From assembly GCA_043720065.1 (NCBI GenBank), contig JAYSTF010000113.1, positions 675 through 64,674 of the forward strand: DNA of 64,000 nucleotides, written 5' to 3'. The notes below the pieces were generated by a model, which searched no databases, was not told the DNA's origin, and saw nothing but the letters and a program-made list of their open reading frames with translations. The stretch comes from Pseudobdellovibrionaceae bacterium. Lineage in GTDB: Bacteria; Bdellovibrionota; Bdellovibrionia; Bdellovibrionales; UBA1609. Within the stretch, counting starts at the first letter, position 1. Each line of letters opens with the position of its first letter. This document shows positions 1 through 10,565 of this stretch, one piece after another. Position numbers and translations under genes: made by a program.

Positions 1-1326
1 AGGAAGGTCTTGAAAGAAGTTTTGTGGAATTGTGGACATTTGGTTATTGTAAAGACCGATATATTCAAGCGTTGCAATTCCTTGGAATAATTCGGCAGGT
101 GGATTGACCATGCTGGTTCCACTTACTGATATCCAACTTACCTCGGGTAGATTTTTAAATATTTGCACTGGCAAAGTTGCAAGCGGGGAAAAATTTACGG
201 CGGACGAGATATCAATTCCTTTTAGCTGAGGCATATCGGCAAATAGATTTTCTGGTAGAGATGCTATCTCATCAATGTTTACGGAAATTGAAGTTAACAT
301 TGGTATCTTGAATGGAGCAGTTTCTCGGGCCACTCTCCCATCGATTGTCAGCTGCTGTAAAAGTGGTGTTCCGTCGAAGACGTTTGCGGGGAGCTCCGTC
401 AAGAAAGACGCGTCCATCCATAAAGTCTTAAGATTTGAGAGATCTGCAAAAATTCCCTCGGGAAACTTGGCAATGTTGCTGAAATCCATGAGTAAGGTTT
501 CAAGGGATTTCAGCCCAGCAAAAATTCCCGATGGCAATGCTTTCAGTTGAGTGAAACGGATTGTAAGCTCTTCTAATCGGGAAAGATCACTGAAGATTCC
601 ACTGGGTAGCGAAATTAAAGGATTAAAATTAAGATCAAGACGATTAAGTGATTCACAGCCAAGAAAAGCCGTAACAGGAAGTGTGCTTAGCTGGTTCTCA
701 GGCAGGTCCACCTGATCCAGCGAGGATAGACCAGCAAAAATGTAATCGGGGAGCGAGGTCAGCTGATTGCCACCTAAATAGATCTCTTCCAGTGAAGTGA
801 GGTTTCGAAAAATTCCTTCAGGAAGTTGCGTGAGTTTATTGTCACCTAATCCAATATAAGTTAAAGTAGAGAGTCCACTAAACAATTTGTCTGAAACTAA
901 ATTCAAGTTGTTCTCACTCAGCTCAATACCCTTAATCTTGCCTAAGCCCTTAAAGCTCATTTCTGAAATCGTAGCTAAGCGAACATTACTTCTTAGACTC
1001 AGCTGTTCAAGTTTTTCGAGATGTGAGAAGACTCCTTCCGGAAGTGTGACAATCGAAGTTTCATAAATATACAAATTCGTTAGGGATTTGAGCCCCTGAA
1101 AATCACGGGCAATTAAAGAAGTTGTTTCTGATCCAGTCACAACTAAATTTAAAATCTCAGCGAGATCCGTCTCAGTGATCTCTTGGCACCTCTTATTCGT
1201 TTTTTCCAAGATCCCATTGATAACACCTGGACTGCGAGTGCAGACGTTAGCTTCAGCCAAAAGCGAATGACTACTTACAATCATTGAAACTGCAAAAATC
1301 CAAAGTTTAAAAAATGGATGTCTCAT
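1..1326 (-). CDS. Secreted leucine-rich-repeat (LRR) protein, N-terminal 442 aa; the C-terminus lies beyond the window start
   Basis: Own minus-strand translation; the ORF is open at the window edge, so it is absent from the ORF track. ATG at 1326-1324. MRHPFFKLWIFAVSMIVSSHSLLAEA is a signal-like N-terminus. About 15 tandem ~24-aa LxxLxLxxNxLxxLPxxxF units follow (e.g. LTYIGLGDNKLTQLPEGIFRNLTSLEEIYLGGNQLTSLPDYIFAGLSSLDQVDLPENQLSTLP). Confidence 0.8.
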   Translation of the reverse strand, partial: MRHPFFKLWIFAVSMIVSSHSLLAEANVCTRSPGVINGILEKTNKRCQEITETDLAEILNLVVTGSETTSLIARDFQGLKSLTNLYIYETSIVTLPEGVFSHLEKLEQLSLRSNVRLATISEMSFKGLGKIKGIELSENNLNLVSDKLFSGLSTLTYIGLGDNKLTQLPEGIFRNLTSLEEIYLGGNQLTSLPDYIFAGLSSLDQVDLPENQLSTLPVTAFLGCESLNRLDLNFNPLISLPSGIFSDLSRLEELTIRFTQLKALPSGIFAGLKSLETLLMDFSNIAKFPEGIFADLSNLKTLWMDASFLTELPANVFDGTPLLQQLTIDGRVARETAPFKIPMLTSISVNIDEIASLPENLFADMPQLKGIDISSAVNFSPLATLPVQIFKNLPEVSWISVSGTSMVNPPAELFQGIATLEYIGLYNNQMSTIPQNFFQDLP

Positions 1327-1836
1327 TGATACCCCCGGATAATTTTGAATGATCTAAGTAAGATTGCGCAATGAGCATTTCATGGCCAGTATTTTGTGTC
1401 AATGGCACACCCAATTTCGAAAAAAGATTTTTCATCTGGAGGAGTGCGCTCACATGGGGTTACCATCAACGGCGCCATGGCTCGCGCTTGCTCGAGGACC
1501 ACCGGTATCAGATCAATACGATATCCTTACACAAAATTTTTCGAAAATTAACTCGACTGACAAACGCAAATATTGCCAGCGATAGCGGAGCTATAGTGGA
1601 AGTTTAGGTATGTTTATAAAAATTTATTTTATTGCAAGTTAGTGTTATGGGTTTAGTTTTTTGCTCAAGCGCAGTTGCAAGTGTGAGCAGCAGGTACAAG
1701 GCGTCTTTGCATGATGTCGCTATCGGTAGCCAAATGTTTTTGAGTCGACGACTGGTCAGCCACAACTAGCGTTCTTGATCCTATTTTTGCTAGGTAACAA
1801 GGGATTTAAATCTCCAGAAGATGGCGCGGGTTAAAT

Positions 1837-2007
1837 TTAGAATAGTAGGCGATTAAATAGGAATCTCTCTTCGCCAAATTGTCTTAAAAACGGATGCCCA
1901 AACAACAATGCATTTGGATACTCCGACTCATCCAACTCATGGGCTTGCACCACTCTGACACCTGAGGCCGTCTTGTAAAACTCATTGAGGAATGTTAACC
2001 GGTACAT
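1837..2007 (-). CDS. Hypothetical small protein (56 aa), doubtful
   Basis: Hand-found ORF below the ORF-track cutoff: MYRLTFLNEFYKTASGVRVVQAHELDESEYPNALLFGHPFLRQFGEERFLFNRLLF. It begins 20 nt after the stop of 2028..2762. No clear SD and no family recognised. Confidence 0.2.
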   Translation of the reverse strand: MYRLTFLNEFYKTASGVRVVQAHELDESEYPNALLFGHPFLRQFGEERFLFNRLLF

Positions 2008-2027
2008 TTTTCGACGGGCACTTTTTC

Positions 2028-2762
2028 TTACTGAACGTAGTCGACAGTCACATCGAACTTAATGTCCGAGTGTTCGCAATCGAATTCGTTGTTATCGCCA
2101 ATCGAGATGAATTGGAATTCGTGTTGAGCGTGGGTGGCTTCTGATGCCATAGCCGCATACATAACTTCTTTTGGGAATGACATCGAGATCTGACCTGGGA
2201 CTTCCGTGGCGGGCCATGAGCAATTTGAGTGATGCTCTTTACCATCAGTTCCGATAACAGTTGTGCAAAATACGCCTTCCCGGGCTTTGTTTCCACCCCA
2301 GTCGTACCCGGCGATGGGTGACCACATATATTGAAGCAGACCATTCGATCCAGGCAAGACATCGTCAAAGTTAAACGACGAAGCGAGTACCTTCCCGTTT
2401 AAGGTCATTAAGAAATGGTCGTCATATACATATTGTTGAGTCGGGAAAGAAAAGCTCATGTTGCAGATAGTTGCGCCGGCAGGAATATCAATAGGAGCGG
2501 TTTGCTCAATTCGTGCGGTGAAAAAATCCTCGCGGATGGCTAAATTCCCGTTTTGACCCCATTCGCAGGTTTTATCGGGCTTAGGGAAATGAACAGCCAC
2601 GTTTTTAACTTGGCGGGGCCTGGTTTCGCACGCCTCTTTCACCTCGCTCGGGGTTTTTAGCGCCGATTGGTTGGCAAAAGCGACATGTTGTTGGCAGTTT
2701 TGGAATGCGCCAAAAATGAGAAATCCACTACCAATGATGAGTCCAAACATCCGAGTTTTCAC
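2028..2762 (-). CDS. Hypothetical lipoprotein (244 aa, Cys-containing)
   Basis: ORF track. GTG start 8 nt after AAGGAG. N-terminus MKTRMFGLIIGSGFLIFGAFQNC looks like a lipoprotein signal with a lipobox-like FQNC. No family recognised. Confidence 0.75.
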   Translation of the reverse strand: MKTRMFGLIIGSGFLIFGAFQNCQQHVAFANQSALKTPSEVKEACETRPRQVKNVAVHFPKPDKTCEWGQNGNLAIREDFFTARIEQTAPIDIPAGATICNMSFSFPTQQYVYDDHFLMTLNGKVLASSFNFDDVLPGSNGLLQYMWSPIAGYDWGGNKAREGVFCTTVIGTDGKEHHSNCSWPATEVPGQISMSFPKEVMYAAMASEATHAQHEFQFISIGDNNEFDCEHSDIKFDVTVDYVQ

Positions 2763-3091
2763 AGAAGTGTCTCCTTTATAAGTCTACTAATAGGTAGAGC
2801 AATATCGTGACCAAGAGATGCCAGGCTGAGTTGTAAAACCATAGTAATTTTAGCCACTTATAAGTGTCTCAGATTGAGACGCTCGTCCTTGGTCCATTAC
2901 GGCTCAAGATTGGCACCAGAATGTCAATCGCCTTACCATTCTCACCAAACAACTGGGGCCGTTAAGTTTGCCAAAGCTTATGGAGAATTCGATAAACCTT
3001 TGGCGAAAACGTCATTTAGATTTTTTAAGAATGAAGCATATAAACTGTTCCATGCAACAGTGTTAGGGCCAAATCACTCCGGGGGGGATCG

Positions 3092-6000
3092 ATGCAGCGG
3101 AACTCTATTTCCGATCGTAAGCAATCTAAAGCGAAAGGCCGCGTCAATGGTGCAAAGCAGCCCCAGCCGGTAGAGAAAAGAGCGGTGCACGCATCTCCCA
3201 CTCCCACCTCAGGGTACATGACTGATCCGAGTAATCATCAGGACGGAAATGAAATAACTAAATCCGCTGATCCCGCACTTCGCCAACAATTGAGAAGCTT
3301 GCTGGGAACCGTAAAGGCCGTTCGTAGCGGAGATTTCTCTGTGCGAATGCCACTCGCTGAGGAAGGCATCGTTTCCGAAATCGGCGAGGTTTTAAATGAC
3401 ATCATCGAACTCAACGAGAACATGGCGAACGAGTTTTTGCGCGTTCGAAACACCGTCGGTCTTGAAGGCCGAATGAACGAACGGGTAATGATGGGCTCGG
3501 TAAAGGGCGCATGGTCGGCCGGCGTTGAATCCGTGAATCTACTTATCGGGGATCTTGTGCAGCCAACCACAGAGGTTGCGCGAGTTATTACGGCGGTCGC
3601 AAAAGGTGACGTGTCCCAGAAGATGTCGCTCGAGATGGACGGCCGACCGGTGAAGGGGGAATTCCTCCGCATCGGTACGACGGTGAACGCGATGGTGGAT
3701 CAGCTGAACTCATTCGCCTCAGAGGTAACGCGGGTTGCGAAGGAAGTGGGAACCGAAGGAAAGCTTGGCGGTCAGGCACATGTAAAGGGCGTGTCTGGTG
3801 TGTGGAAAGATCTAACGGATAATGTGAACGGTCTAGCCGGCAACTTAACGGATCAGGTTCGTAACATCGCAAAGGTGACGACCGCGGTTGCGCGAGGAGA
3901 CTTATCGCAGAAAATTACGGTTGATGCGCGCGGCGAGATCTTGGAATTGAAGAATACGATCAACACGATGGTGGATCAGCTGTCTTCCTTCGCTTCCGAG
4001 GTAACACGGGTTGCGAAGGACGTAGGCACCGAAGGAAAACTCGGCGGTCAGGCGAACGTTAAAGGTGTGTCTGGTACTTGGAAAGATCTAACAGACAACG
4101 TGAATGGTCTCGCGAACAACCTTACAGCTCAGGTTCGAAACATCGCGAAGGTAACGACCGCGGTTGCGAACGGAGATTTATCACAGAAAATTACAGTGGA
4201 TGTTCGTGGTGAGGTTCTTGAACTTAAGAACACGATCAATACAATGGTGGATCAGCTTAGATCATTCGCAGCGGAAGTTACACGGGTTGCGAAGGAAGTG
4301 GGAACGGAAGGCCGACTCGGTGGACAAGCGGATGTTAAAGGTGTGTCTGGTACTTGGAAAGATCTAACTGACAACGTGAATGGTCTTGCAAACAACCTAA
4401 CAGCGCAGGTTCGAAACATCGCCAAAGTTACGATCGCGGTTGCGAACGGAGACTTGTCGCAAAAGATTTCAGTGGATGCGCGCGGCGAGATCCTGGAACT
4501 AAAAGATACGATCAATACCATGGTGGATACACTTCGCTCATTCGCAGCGGAAGTAACGCGGGTTGCGAAGGAAGTGGGAACGGAAGGCCGACTTGGTGGA
4601 CAGGCGGACGTAAAAGGTGTGTCTGGTACTTGGAAAGATTTAACAGACAATGTGAATGCGATGGCGTCGAACCTAACGGTTCAGCTTCGTGACGTGTCAA
4701 AGGTGTCATCGGCGATCGCGAATGGCGATTTAACTCAGAAGATTACAGTAGATGTTCGCGGAGAAATTCTCCAGATCAAAGATGTTATTAATAAGATGGT
4801 GGATCAGCTTTCTTCATTCGCGGCGGAAGTAACCCGGGTGGCGAAGGAAGTGGGAACTGAAGGAAAGCTTGGCGGTCAGGCGGATGTGAAGGGAGTGTCG
4901 GGAGTTTGGAAAGACTTAACTGACAACGTGAACGGTCTAGCTGGAAACCTTACGGATCAGGTTCGAAATATTGCTAAAGTGACAACGGCGGTTGCGAAAG
5001 GTGACTTGTCACAAAAGATCACGGTCGATGCGAAGGGTGAAATTTTTGAGCTTAAGAACACGATCAATACAATGGTAGATCAGCTCAACTCGTTTACTGC
5101 GGAAGTAACACGGGTTGCGAAGGAAGTGGGAACCGAAGGAAAGCTTGGCGGTCAGGCGGATGTAAAAGGTGTGTCGGGAGTTTGGAAAGACTTAACTGAC
5201 AACGTGAATGGTCTAGCCGGTAACCTTACGGATCAGGTTCGAAACATTGCTAAGGTGACAACGGCAGTTGCAAAAGGTGACTTGTCACAGAAAATTACGG
5301 TCGATGCCCGAGGAGAAATCTTCGAATTGAAAAACACGATCAACGTCATGGTGGATCAGCTGAACTCATTCGCAGCGGAAGTTACGCGAGTTGCGAAGGA
5401 AGTGGGAACAGAAGGAAAGCTTGGCGGTCAGGCGGATGTAAAAGGTGTGTCGGGAGTTTGGAAAGACTTAACTGACAACGTGAACGGTCTAGCCGGTAAC
5501 TTAACTGATCAGGTTCGAAATATTGCTAAAGTGACAACGGCGGTTGCGACAGGTGACTTGTCACAAAAGATCACGGTCGATGCGAAGGGTGAAATCCTTG
5601 AGTTAAAGAACACAATCAATACGATGGTGGATCAGCTGAACTCATTCGCAGCGGAAGTAACGCGGGTTGCGAAGGAAGTGGGAACGGAAGGAAAGCTCGG
5701 AGGGCAGGCGGAAGTTCGCGGTGTCTCTGGCACGTGGAAAGATCTCACTGATAACGTGAACTTCATGGCGTCAAATTTGACGAAGCAGGTTCGTGGTATC
5801 GTTAAGGTAGTGACCGCAGTTGCGAATGGCGACTTAACTCAAAAATTCGTCATCGAAGCAAAAGGTGAGGTCGCAGCTCTAGCTGAAACGATCAACTCGA
5901 TGACCGATACGCTTCGAACCTTCGCCGATCAGGTGACTACGGTTGCTCGCGAAGTGGGAATCGAAGGAAAACTTGGCGGTCAGGCGAAGGTTCCTGGCGC

Positions 6001-8326
6001 CTCTGGTACTTGGAAAGATTTAACTGATAACGTGAACATCATGGCCTCAAACTTGACGAAGCAAGTGCGAGGTATCGTTAAAGTTGTGACCGCGGTTGCA
6101 GACGGCGATTTAACTCAGAAATTCGTTATCGAAGCTAAAGGTGAGGTTGCGGCCCTCGCTGAAACGATCAACTCGATGACCGATACACTTCGAACATTTG
6201 CGGATCAGGTAACATCAGTTGCCCGCGAAGTGGGAATCGAAGGAAAACTAGGCGGTCAGGCAAAGGTGCCGGGCGCTGCAGGAACTTGGAAAGATTTGAC
6301 CAACAACGTGAACCAGCTTGCAGGTAACTTGACCTCTCAGGTTCGAGCGATCGCGGAAGTTTCTACTGCGGTGACGAAGGGTGATTTGACCCGATCTATT
6401 ACAGTGGAAGCGCAAGGTGAGGTCGCGGCCCTTTCTGAAAACATCAACCAGATGATCGGAAATTTAAAAGACACGACCTCGAAAAACCAAGAGCAAGATT
6501 GGCTAAAAACCAACCTCGCGAAATTCTCGAGCATGATGCAGGGGCAAAGAAGTATCACTAGCGCAGCTCAGTTGATTATGTCAGAGCTAACCCCACTCGT
6601 TGACGCTCGTCAGGGCGCCTTCTACATGGCGGAGCTTGATACAACCCCAGAGACGACCTTAATTCTTACTGCCAGCTACGCTTTCACGGGTCGCCGAAGT
6701 GTACTTAACAAAATTCATCTTAAAGAGGGTCTCGTCGGTCAGTGCGCCTACGAGAAGAAGCCCATCCTTATTACTAATCCCGATGAGAGTTACGTAAAAG
6801 TTTCCTCGTCACTTCTTGAAATTACGCCGCGAAACATAATAGTGCTTCCGGTATTGTTCGAAGGTGAATTGAAAGCGGTCATTGAACTCGCATCGCTTAA
6901 GCCTTTCACTCAGAACTACATTTCGTTCCTTGATCAGTTGATGGATTCACTCGGTGTGATGTTGAATATGATTTCATCAAGTATGAGAACGGAAGAACTC
7001 TTGATGGAGCTGAAACGGTCTAACGCGGAGTTGGAAGCTCAGGCGAAAGAGCTCGAGGACAAAGCAAAGCTTCTCGAGGTCAAGAACCAAGAGGTGGAGC
7101 TTGCGAGCCGATCTTTGGAGGAAAAAGCCGAACAGCTTTCTCTTATCTCTAAGTACAAGTCGGAATTTCTTGCGAACATGTCGCACGAATTACGAACTCC
7201 ACTTAACAGCTTGTTGATCCTCTCTAAAACGTTGGCGGACAACAAAGAGAAGAACTTAACTAGTGACCAAGTGAAATACGCGAAGACGGTTCACTCGGCC
7301 GGTAATGATCTGCTCTCGCTAATCAACGAAATCTTGGATCTTTCTAAAGTGGAAGCCGGAAAAATGCCGGTCAACCCGAAGAATGTGGAGACTCCGGACA
7401 TCGTTGGCTATCTCGAGCAAACGTTCCGCCCTGTTGCGGAACACAAGGGGCTTGAGTTCGTGATCGAGACGGGTAAACAAATTCCAATGGTAATGTTCAC
7501 CGACGAGAGCCGATTGCAACAGATCCTCAAGAACCTTTTGTCGAACGCCTTCAAGTTCACAGAAAAAGGGCATGTTAAACTTGAGATCAATGCCGTTGAA
7601 GCTATTGACGGTGCAGGAAAGAATATCGTGTTCTCCGTTACGGACACGGGAATCGGTATTCCAGCAGAGAAGCAAAAGCTTATCTTCGAAGCCTTCCAAC
7701 AGGCCGACGGAACCACGAACCGGAAATACGGTGGAACCGGTCTCGGTCTTACAATCTCGAGAGAGATTGCAAGGCTCCTCGGCGGTATTATCGAGGTGGA
7801 ATCCGAGCCAGACATGGGAAGTACGTTCCGCTTAATCCTTCCAGAGCGCTATAGCGGTGCCGATGGCAATTACACCCTGTTACAACAAGAAGTTCGCGCC
7901 ATTCGGCCAATGTCATTCGAGAACATGGATCTCACCGGCCATAAGATTTTGATCGTCGACGACGACACAAGAAACATCTTTGCTCTTAACGCCATTCTCA
8001 AAGCGCGCGGCATGAACGTGTTGCAGGCTGAGAATGGACGTCAAGGTGTGGACCTTCTAATTCAAAATCCAGATGTTGAAATCATCTTGATGGATACCAT
8101 GATGCCAGAAATGGATGGACTCGAGGCCACAAGGCTTATCCGCGAAATGCCGATGCACAAACACTTACCGATCGTTTCACTTACGGCGAGCGCCATGAAA
8201 GGCGATCGTGAAAAGTGCTTCGAGGCAGGTGTGTCCGACTACATTACAAAACCAGTTGATGAAGACACATTGCTTGCAACAATTTATGGTTGGTTGATGG
8301 TGAAGCCGGATGCTCTTGAAAACTAA
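3092..8326 (+). CDS. Soluble hybrid sensor histidine kinase: poly-HAMP array - GAF - HisKA - HATPase - receiver
   Basis: ORF track (1744 aa). No TM segment seen. Residues ~60-1125 are concatenated HAMP-like units in 92-aa repeats ([92 protein letters not shown]). A GAF-like segment follows (QGAFYMAEL...[18 protein letters not shown]), then a coiled coil. H-box [10 protein letters not shown] (His codon 7184-7186). ATPase boxes [23 protein letters not shown]-terminal receiver ILIVDDD...[12 protein letters not shown]...ITKP. Confidence 0.9.
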   Translation: MQRNSISDRKQSKAKGRVNGAKQPQPVEKRAVHASPTPTSGYMTDPSNHQDGNEITKSADPALRQQLRSLLGTVKAVRSGDFSVRMPLAEEGIVSEIGEVLNDIIELNENMANEFLRVRNTVGLEGRMNERVMMGSVKGAWSAGVESVNLLIGDLVQPTTEVARVITAVAKGDVSQKMSLEMDGRPVKGEFLRIGTTVNAMVDQLNSFASEVTRVAKEVGTEGKLGGQAHVKGVSGVWKDLTDNVNGLAGNLTDQVRNIAKVTTAVARGDLSQKITVDARGEILELKNTINTMVDQLSSFASEVTRVAKDVGTEGKLGGQANVKGVSGTWKDLTDNVNGLANNLTAQVRNIAKVTTAVANGDLSQKITVDVRGEVLELKNTINTMVDQLRSFAAEVTRVAKEVGTEGRLGGQADVKGVSGTWKDLTDNVNGLANNLTAQVRNIAKVTIAVANGDLSQKISVDARGEILELKDTINTMVDTLRSFAAEVTRVAKEVGTEGRLGGQADVKGVSGTWKDLTDNVNAMASNLTVQLRDVSKVSSAIANGDLTQKITVDVRGEILQIKDVINKMVDQLSSFAAEVTRVAKEVGTEGKLGGQADVKGVSGVWKDLTDNVNGLAGNLTDQVRNIAKVTTAVAKGDLSQKITVDAKGEIFELKNTINTMVDQLNSFTAEVTRVAKEVGTEGKLGGQADVKGVSGVWKDLTDNVNGLAGNLTDQVRNIAKVTTAVAKGDLSQKITVDARGEIFELKNTINVMVDQLNSFAAEVTRVAKEVGTEGKLGGQADVKGVSGVWKDLTDNVNGLAGNLTDQVRNIAKVTTAVATGDLSQKITVDAKGEILELKNTINTMVDQLNSFAAEVTRVAKEVGTEGKLGGQAEVRGVSGTWKDLTDNVNFMASNLTKQVRGIVKVVTAVANGDLTQKFVIEAKGEVAALAETINSMTDTLRTFADQVTTVAREVGIEGKLGGQAKVPGASGTWKDLTDNVNIMASNLTKQVRGIVKVVTAVADGDLTQKFVIEAKGEVAALAETINSMTDTLRTFADQVTSVAREVGIEGKLGGQAKVPGAAGTWKDLTNNVNQLAGNLTSQVRAIAEVSTAVTKGDLTRSITVEAQGEVAALSENINQMIGNLKDTTSKNQEQDWLKTNLAKFSSMMQGQRSITSAAQLIMSELTPLVDARQGAFYMAELDTTPETTLILTASYAFTGRRSVLNKIHLKEGLVGQCAYEKKPILITNPDESYVKVSSSLLEITPRNIIVLPVLFEGELKAVIELASLKPFTQNYISFLDQLMDSLGVMLNMISSSMRTEELLMELKRSNAELEAQAKELEDKAKLLEVKNQEVELASRSLEEKAEQLSLISKYKSEFLANMSHELRTPLNSLLILSKTLADNKEKNLTSDQVKYAKTVHSAGNDLLSLINEILDLSKVEAGKMPVNPKNVETPDIVGYLEQTFRPVAEHKGLEFVIETGKQIPMVMFTDESRLQQILKNLLSNAFKFTEKGHVKLEINAVEAIDGAGKNIVFSVTDTGIGIPAEKQKLIFEAFQQADGTTNRKYGGTGLGLTISREIARLLGGIIEVESEPDMGSTFRLILPERYSGADGNYTLLQQEVRAIRPMSFENMDLTGHKILIVDDDTRNIFALNAILKARGMNVLQAENGRQGVDLLIQNPDVEIILMDTMMPEMDGLEATRLIREMPMHKHLPIVSLTASAMKGDREKCFEAGVSDYITKPVDEDTLLATIYGWLMVKPDALEN
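3722..6481 (+). repeat. Ten tandem 276-bp (92-codon) coding repeats, each a double-HAMP unit
   Basis: The GGQA(H/N/D/E/K)V motif recurs 10 times at 92-aa spacing. Adjacent units are near-identical in protein, and the DNA differences I checked are mostly synonymous (e.g. 4837.. vs 5113..: acc/aca, gtg/gtt, act/acc, gtg/gta, aag/aaa, gga/ggt). Confidence 0.9.
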
Positions 8327-10415
8327 TGAACGAGTCGACATCCTCGTTGTCGATGATCGCGAGGATGGGCTTTTAGCGATAGAGGCTCTTCTTGGCGAAA
8401 ACCCGGTCTACAATTTGGTTATGGCACATTCAGGGATAGAAGCGTTAAGGCTCCTGCCGAAGCATGACTTCAGCATGATCCTTCTTGATGTGCAGATGCC
8501 CGATCTTGATGGCTTTCAAACGGCGGAGCTCGTTCGCAGGCAAGCTCGTTACAATGGGATAGCGATTATTTTTATAACTGCGATCAATAAAGACGATCGT
8601 TACGTTTACCGGGGCTATGAATCTGGCGCCGTCGATTATTTGTTTAAACCATTCGACCCTGTGATTTTAAAATCAAAAGTCGCGGTTTTTGCTCAGCTTC
8701 ATCTGAAAGAGCGGCAAATTCGCGAGCAGGCTCTCCGTTTGACTGAGCAAGAATCAATCGGGCATCGCGCCCGTGTTCAAGCATTAGAAATTGAGGGATT
8801 AAATCGTTACCGCAGTCTTGCCGATGCCATCCCCCATATGGTTTGGCGAACCACAAATGTAGGCGAGCTAGATTACTGCAACGATCTTTGGAGCAGTTAC
8901 ACCGGTACCTCGCAACTTGATTGCCAAGGTTTGAACTGGCGCCAATCGGTCCACCCGGAAGACCTGCAAATTTTGTTGGATCAATGGACGGTTGCGATGG
9001 CGCAAGGAGAGACCTTTGAAGTCGAGGCCCGAATTCGCCGGCATGATGGAATTTATCGCTGGCATTGGGTTAAGGGTGTCAGTGAAAAAGGCCCTGAGGG
9101 TCATGTCAAAGCATGGCTTGGCACCTGTACGGACATTCACGACCGAAAACTTTTTGAACGTAAACTCATTGAAGCTCAGCGCCAGGCAGAGGAAGCTAAC
9201 CAGGCGAAAACCCAGTTTTTAGCAAATGTTAGCCATGAAATTCGAACCCCGCTCAATGCGATTATTGGTTTTACTGAATTGATGCTCGATCCGGATTGTA
9301 TGGTTGAAGAGCGACAGAATAATCTCTCCATCGTCCGCCGTAACGGGCAGCAGCTTTTAAAAATCATCAATGAAGTTTTGGATATATCTAAAGTAGAAGC
9401 TGGCGGTTTGGAGATCGAGCGCATCGAAACAAACCTCGCAAGTCTTATCGCTGGCATTAAATCGTCGATGAGCGTGATTGCAATTAAAAAAGGAATCAAA
9501 TTAGAGTTTCGCGTGAGAGACAAAATTCCAGAGGAAGTTTGGACGGATTCCACTCGACTACATCAAATTCTGTTAAATATTGTCGGCAATGCCTTGAAGT
9601 TTACCAGCCAGGGCTCAGTGCAAATCACGGCTGAATATTTTGGTGAAATTGACAGACGATCCATCCTTCGCTTCACGGTGTGTGACACCGGAGTGGGCGT
9701 GGATGCGACGGCCGCCCAAAAGATCTTTACGCCCTTTACCCAGGCCGACAGTTCCACAACGCGGATCTTCGGCGGCACGGGCTTAGGGTTAGCTTTAGCC
9801 AGAAAGCTGGCGCGCGCATTGGGTGGGGATATCTGGCTAGATAAGAGCGAACCTGACAAAGGAAGTAGCTTTGTCGTGGAAATTGAGGCGGCGCTTGTGG
9901 ATGAAACGGCTTGGATTAACAGATTCTCTGACGTTTCCGATGACTCCGAAGCCGGCAATGAAACCCATAGTAAAGGCGAACTTGTTGGCGCCAAAATCCT
10001 TTTGGTCGAAGACGCAAAAGATAATCAAATTTTAATTAGTTGTTTCCTACAAAACTCAGGAGCCCACATCGACATCGCGAACAACGGCAAAGAGGGAGTC
10101 GAGATGGCTCTAGCAAACGATTACTCTTTGGTTCTAATGGACATTCAGATGCCGTTTTTGGATGGCTACGAAGCGACTTCACGACTCAGACAAGCGGGCT
10201 TCAAGGCGCCAATCATCGCACTAACTGCTCACGCGTTAAACGAAGAGCGGGATAAGTGTCTGCGAGTTGGTTGCAACGCGCATTTAACGAAGCCAATCAC
10301 GCGGCAGCATTTAATCGATAGCGTCGCCCGCCATCTTGAGCCACGCGGAAGCATCAAAAAATTAGAAGCGCTTCCCAAGCGACCGGCCCGAGATCTAATG
10401 ACCGGGCAAAACTAG
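8310..10415 (+). CDS. Hybrid histidine kinase: receiver - PAS - HisKA - HATPase - receiver
   Basis: ORF track (701 aa). The start overlaps the upstream stop by 17 nt. N-terminal receiver ILVVDDRED...[15 protein letters not shown]-like [14 protein letters not shown]...[11 protein letters not shown]-box [21 protein letters not shown]-terminal receiver [10 protein letters not shown]...[12 protein letters not shown]...LTKP. Confidence 0.9.
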   Translation: MLLKTNERVDILVVDDREDGLLAIEALLGENPVYNLVMAHSGIEALRLLPKHDFSMILLDVQMPDLDGFQTAELVRRQARYNGIAIIFITAINKDDRYVYRGYESGAVDYLFKPFDPVILKSKVAVFAQLHLKERQIREQALRLTEQESIGHRARVQALEIEGLNRYRSLADAIPHMVWRTTNVGELDYCNDLWSSYTGTSQLDCQGLNWRQSVHPEDLQILLDQWTVAMAQGETFEVEARIRRHDGIYRWHWVKGVSEKGPEGHVKAWLGTCTDIHDRKLFERKLIEAQRQAEEANQAKTQFLANVSHEIRTPLNAIIGFTELMLDPDCMVEERQNNLSIVRRNGQQLLKIINEVLDISKVEAGGLEIERIETNLASLIAGIKSSMSVIAIKKGIKLEFRVRDKIPEEVWTDSTRLHQILLNIVGNALKFTSQGSVQITAEYFGEIDRRSILRFTVCDTGVGVDATAAQKIFTPFTQADSSTTRIFGGTGLGLALARKLARALGGDIWLDKSEPDKGSSFVVEIEAALVDETAWINRFSDVSDDSEAGNETHSKGELVGAKILLVEDAKDNQILISCFLQNSGAHIDIANNGKEGVEMALANDYSLVLMDIQMPFLDGYEATSRLRQAGFKAPIIALTAHALNEERDKCLRVGCNAHLTKPITRQHLIDSVARHLEPRGSIKKLEALPKRPARDLMTGQN

Positions 10416-10484
10416 CTGAGCCGGACACATTCTCGTTCTGAGACGCAGTGACGTCGTCCTAAGTCAGTCTTTCCAACTACCAAG

Positions 10485-10513
10485 TTGAGTAAAATAGCTT
10501 AAGTACCGATAAT
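10485..10513 (+). promoter_or_regulatory. Candidate sigma-70-type promoter (TTGAGT-17 nt-GATAAT) for the 10566 lipoprotein gene
   Basis: Hexamers read directly. 17-nt spacer. About 50 nt upstream of ATG 10566. Not validated. Confidence 0.3.
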
Positions 10514-10565
10514 TATTTGTAAGATATGATCTTGGAGAGTGGGACGACCTTCGTTTGGAGACCAA

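Noticed and set aside
1555-1600. ACGCAAA motifs (also at 63244 and inside the 31.27-kb palindrome) reminiscent of the GEMM c-di-GMP/cGAMP riboswitch core
   Set aside because: The accompanying GGGCAAACC, GNRA tetraloop and receptor helices are absent in every case.
275-1607. Plus-strand ORFs 275..550, 1364..1585 and 1371..1607
   Set aside because: The first is antisense to the clearly repetitive LRR gene. The other two lie in the AT-rich spacer without an RBS or a recognisable sequence.
2911-2926. Sigma-54-like TGGCAC-N5-TGTCA upstream of the poly-HAMP kinase
   Set aside because: The -24 element matches, but the -12 element is TGTC rather than TTGC/GC. It lies ~165 nt from the ATG and no EBP gene is nearby. 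The evidence is insufficient.
3722-6481. Regular 276-bp direct repeats that could be mistaken for a CRISPR-like or satellite array
   Set aside because: The repeats are contiguous with no spacers, in frame, and encode the HAMP units of the kinase.
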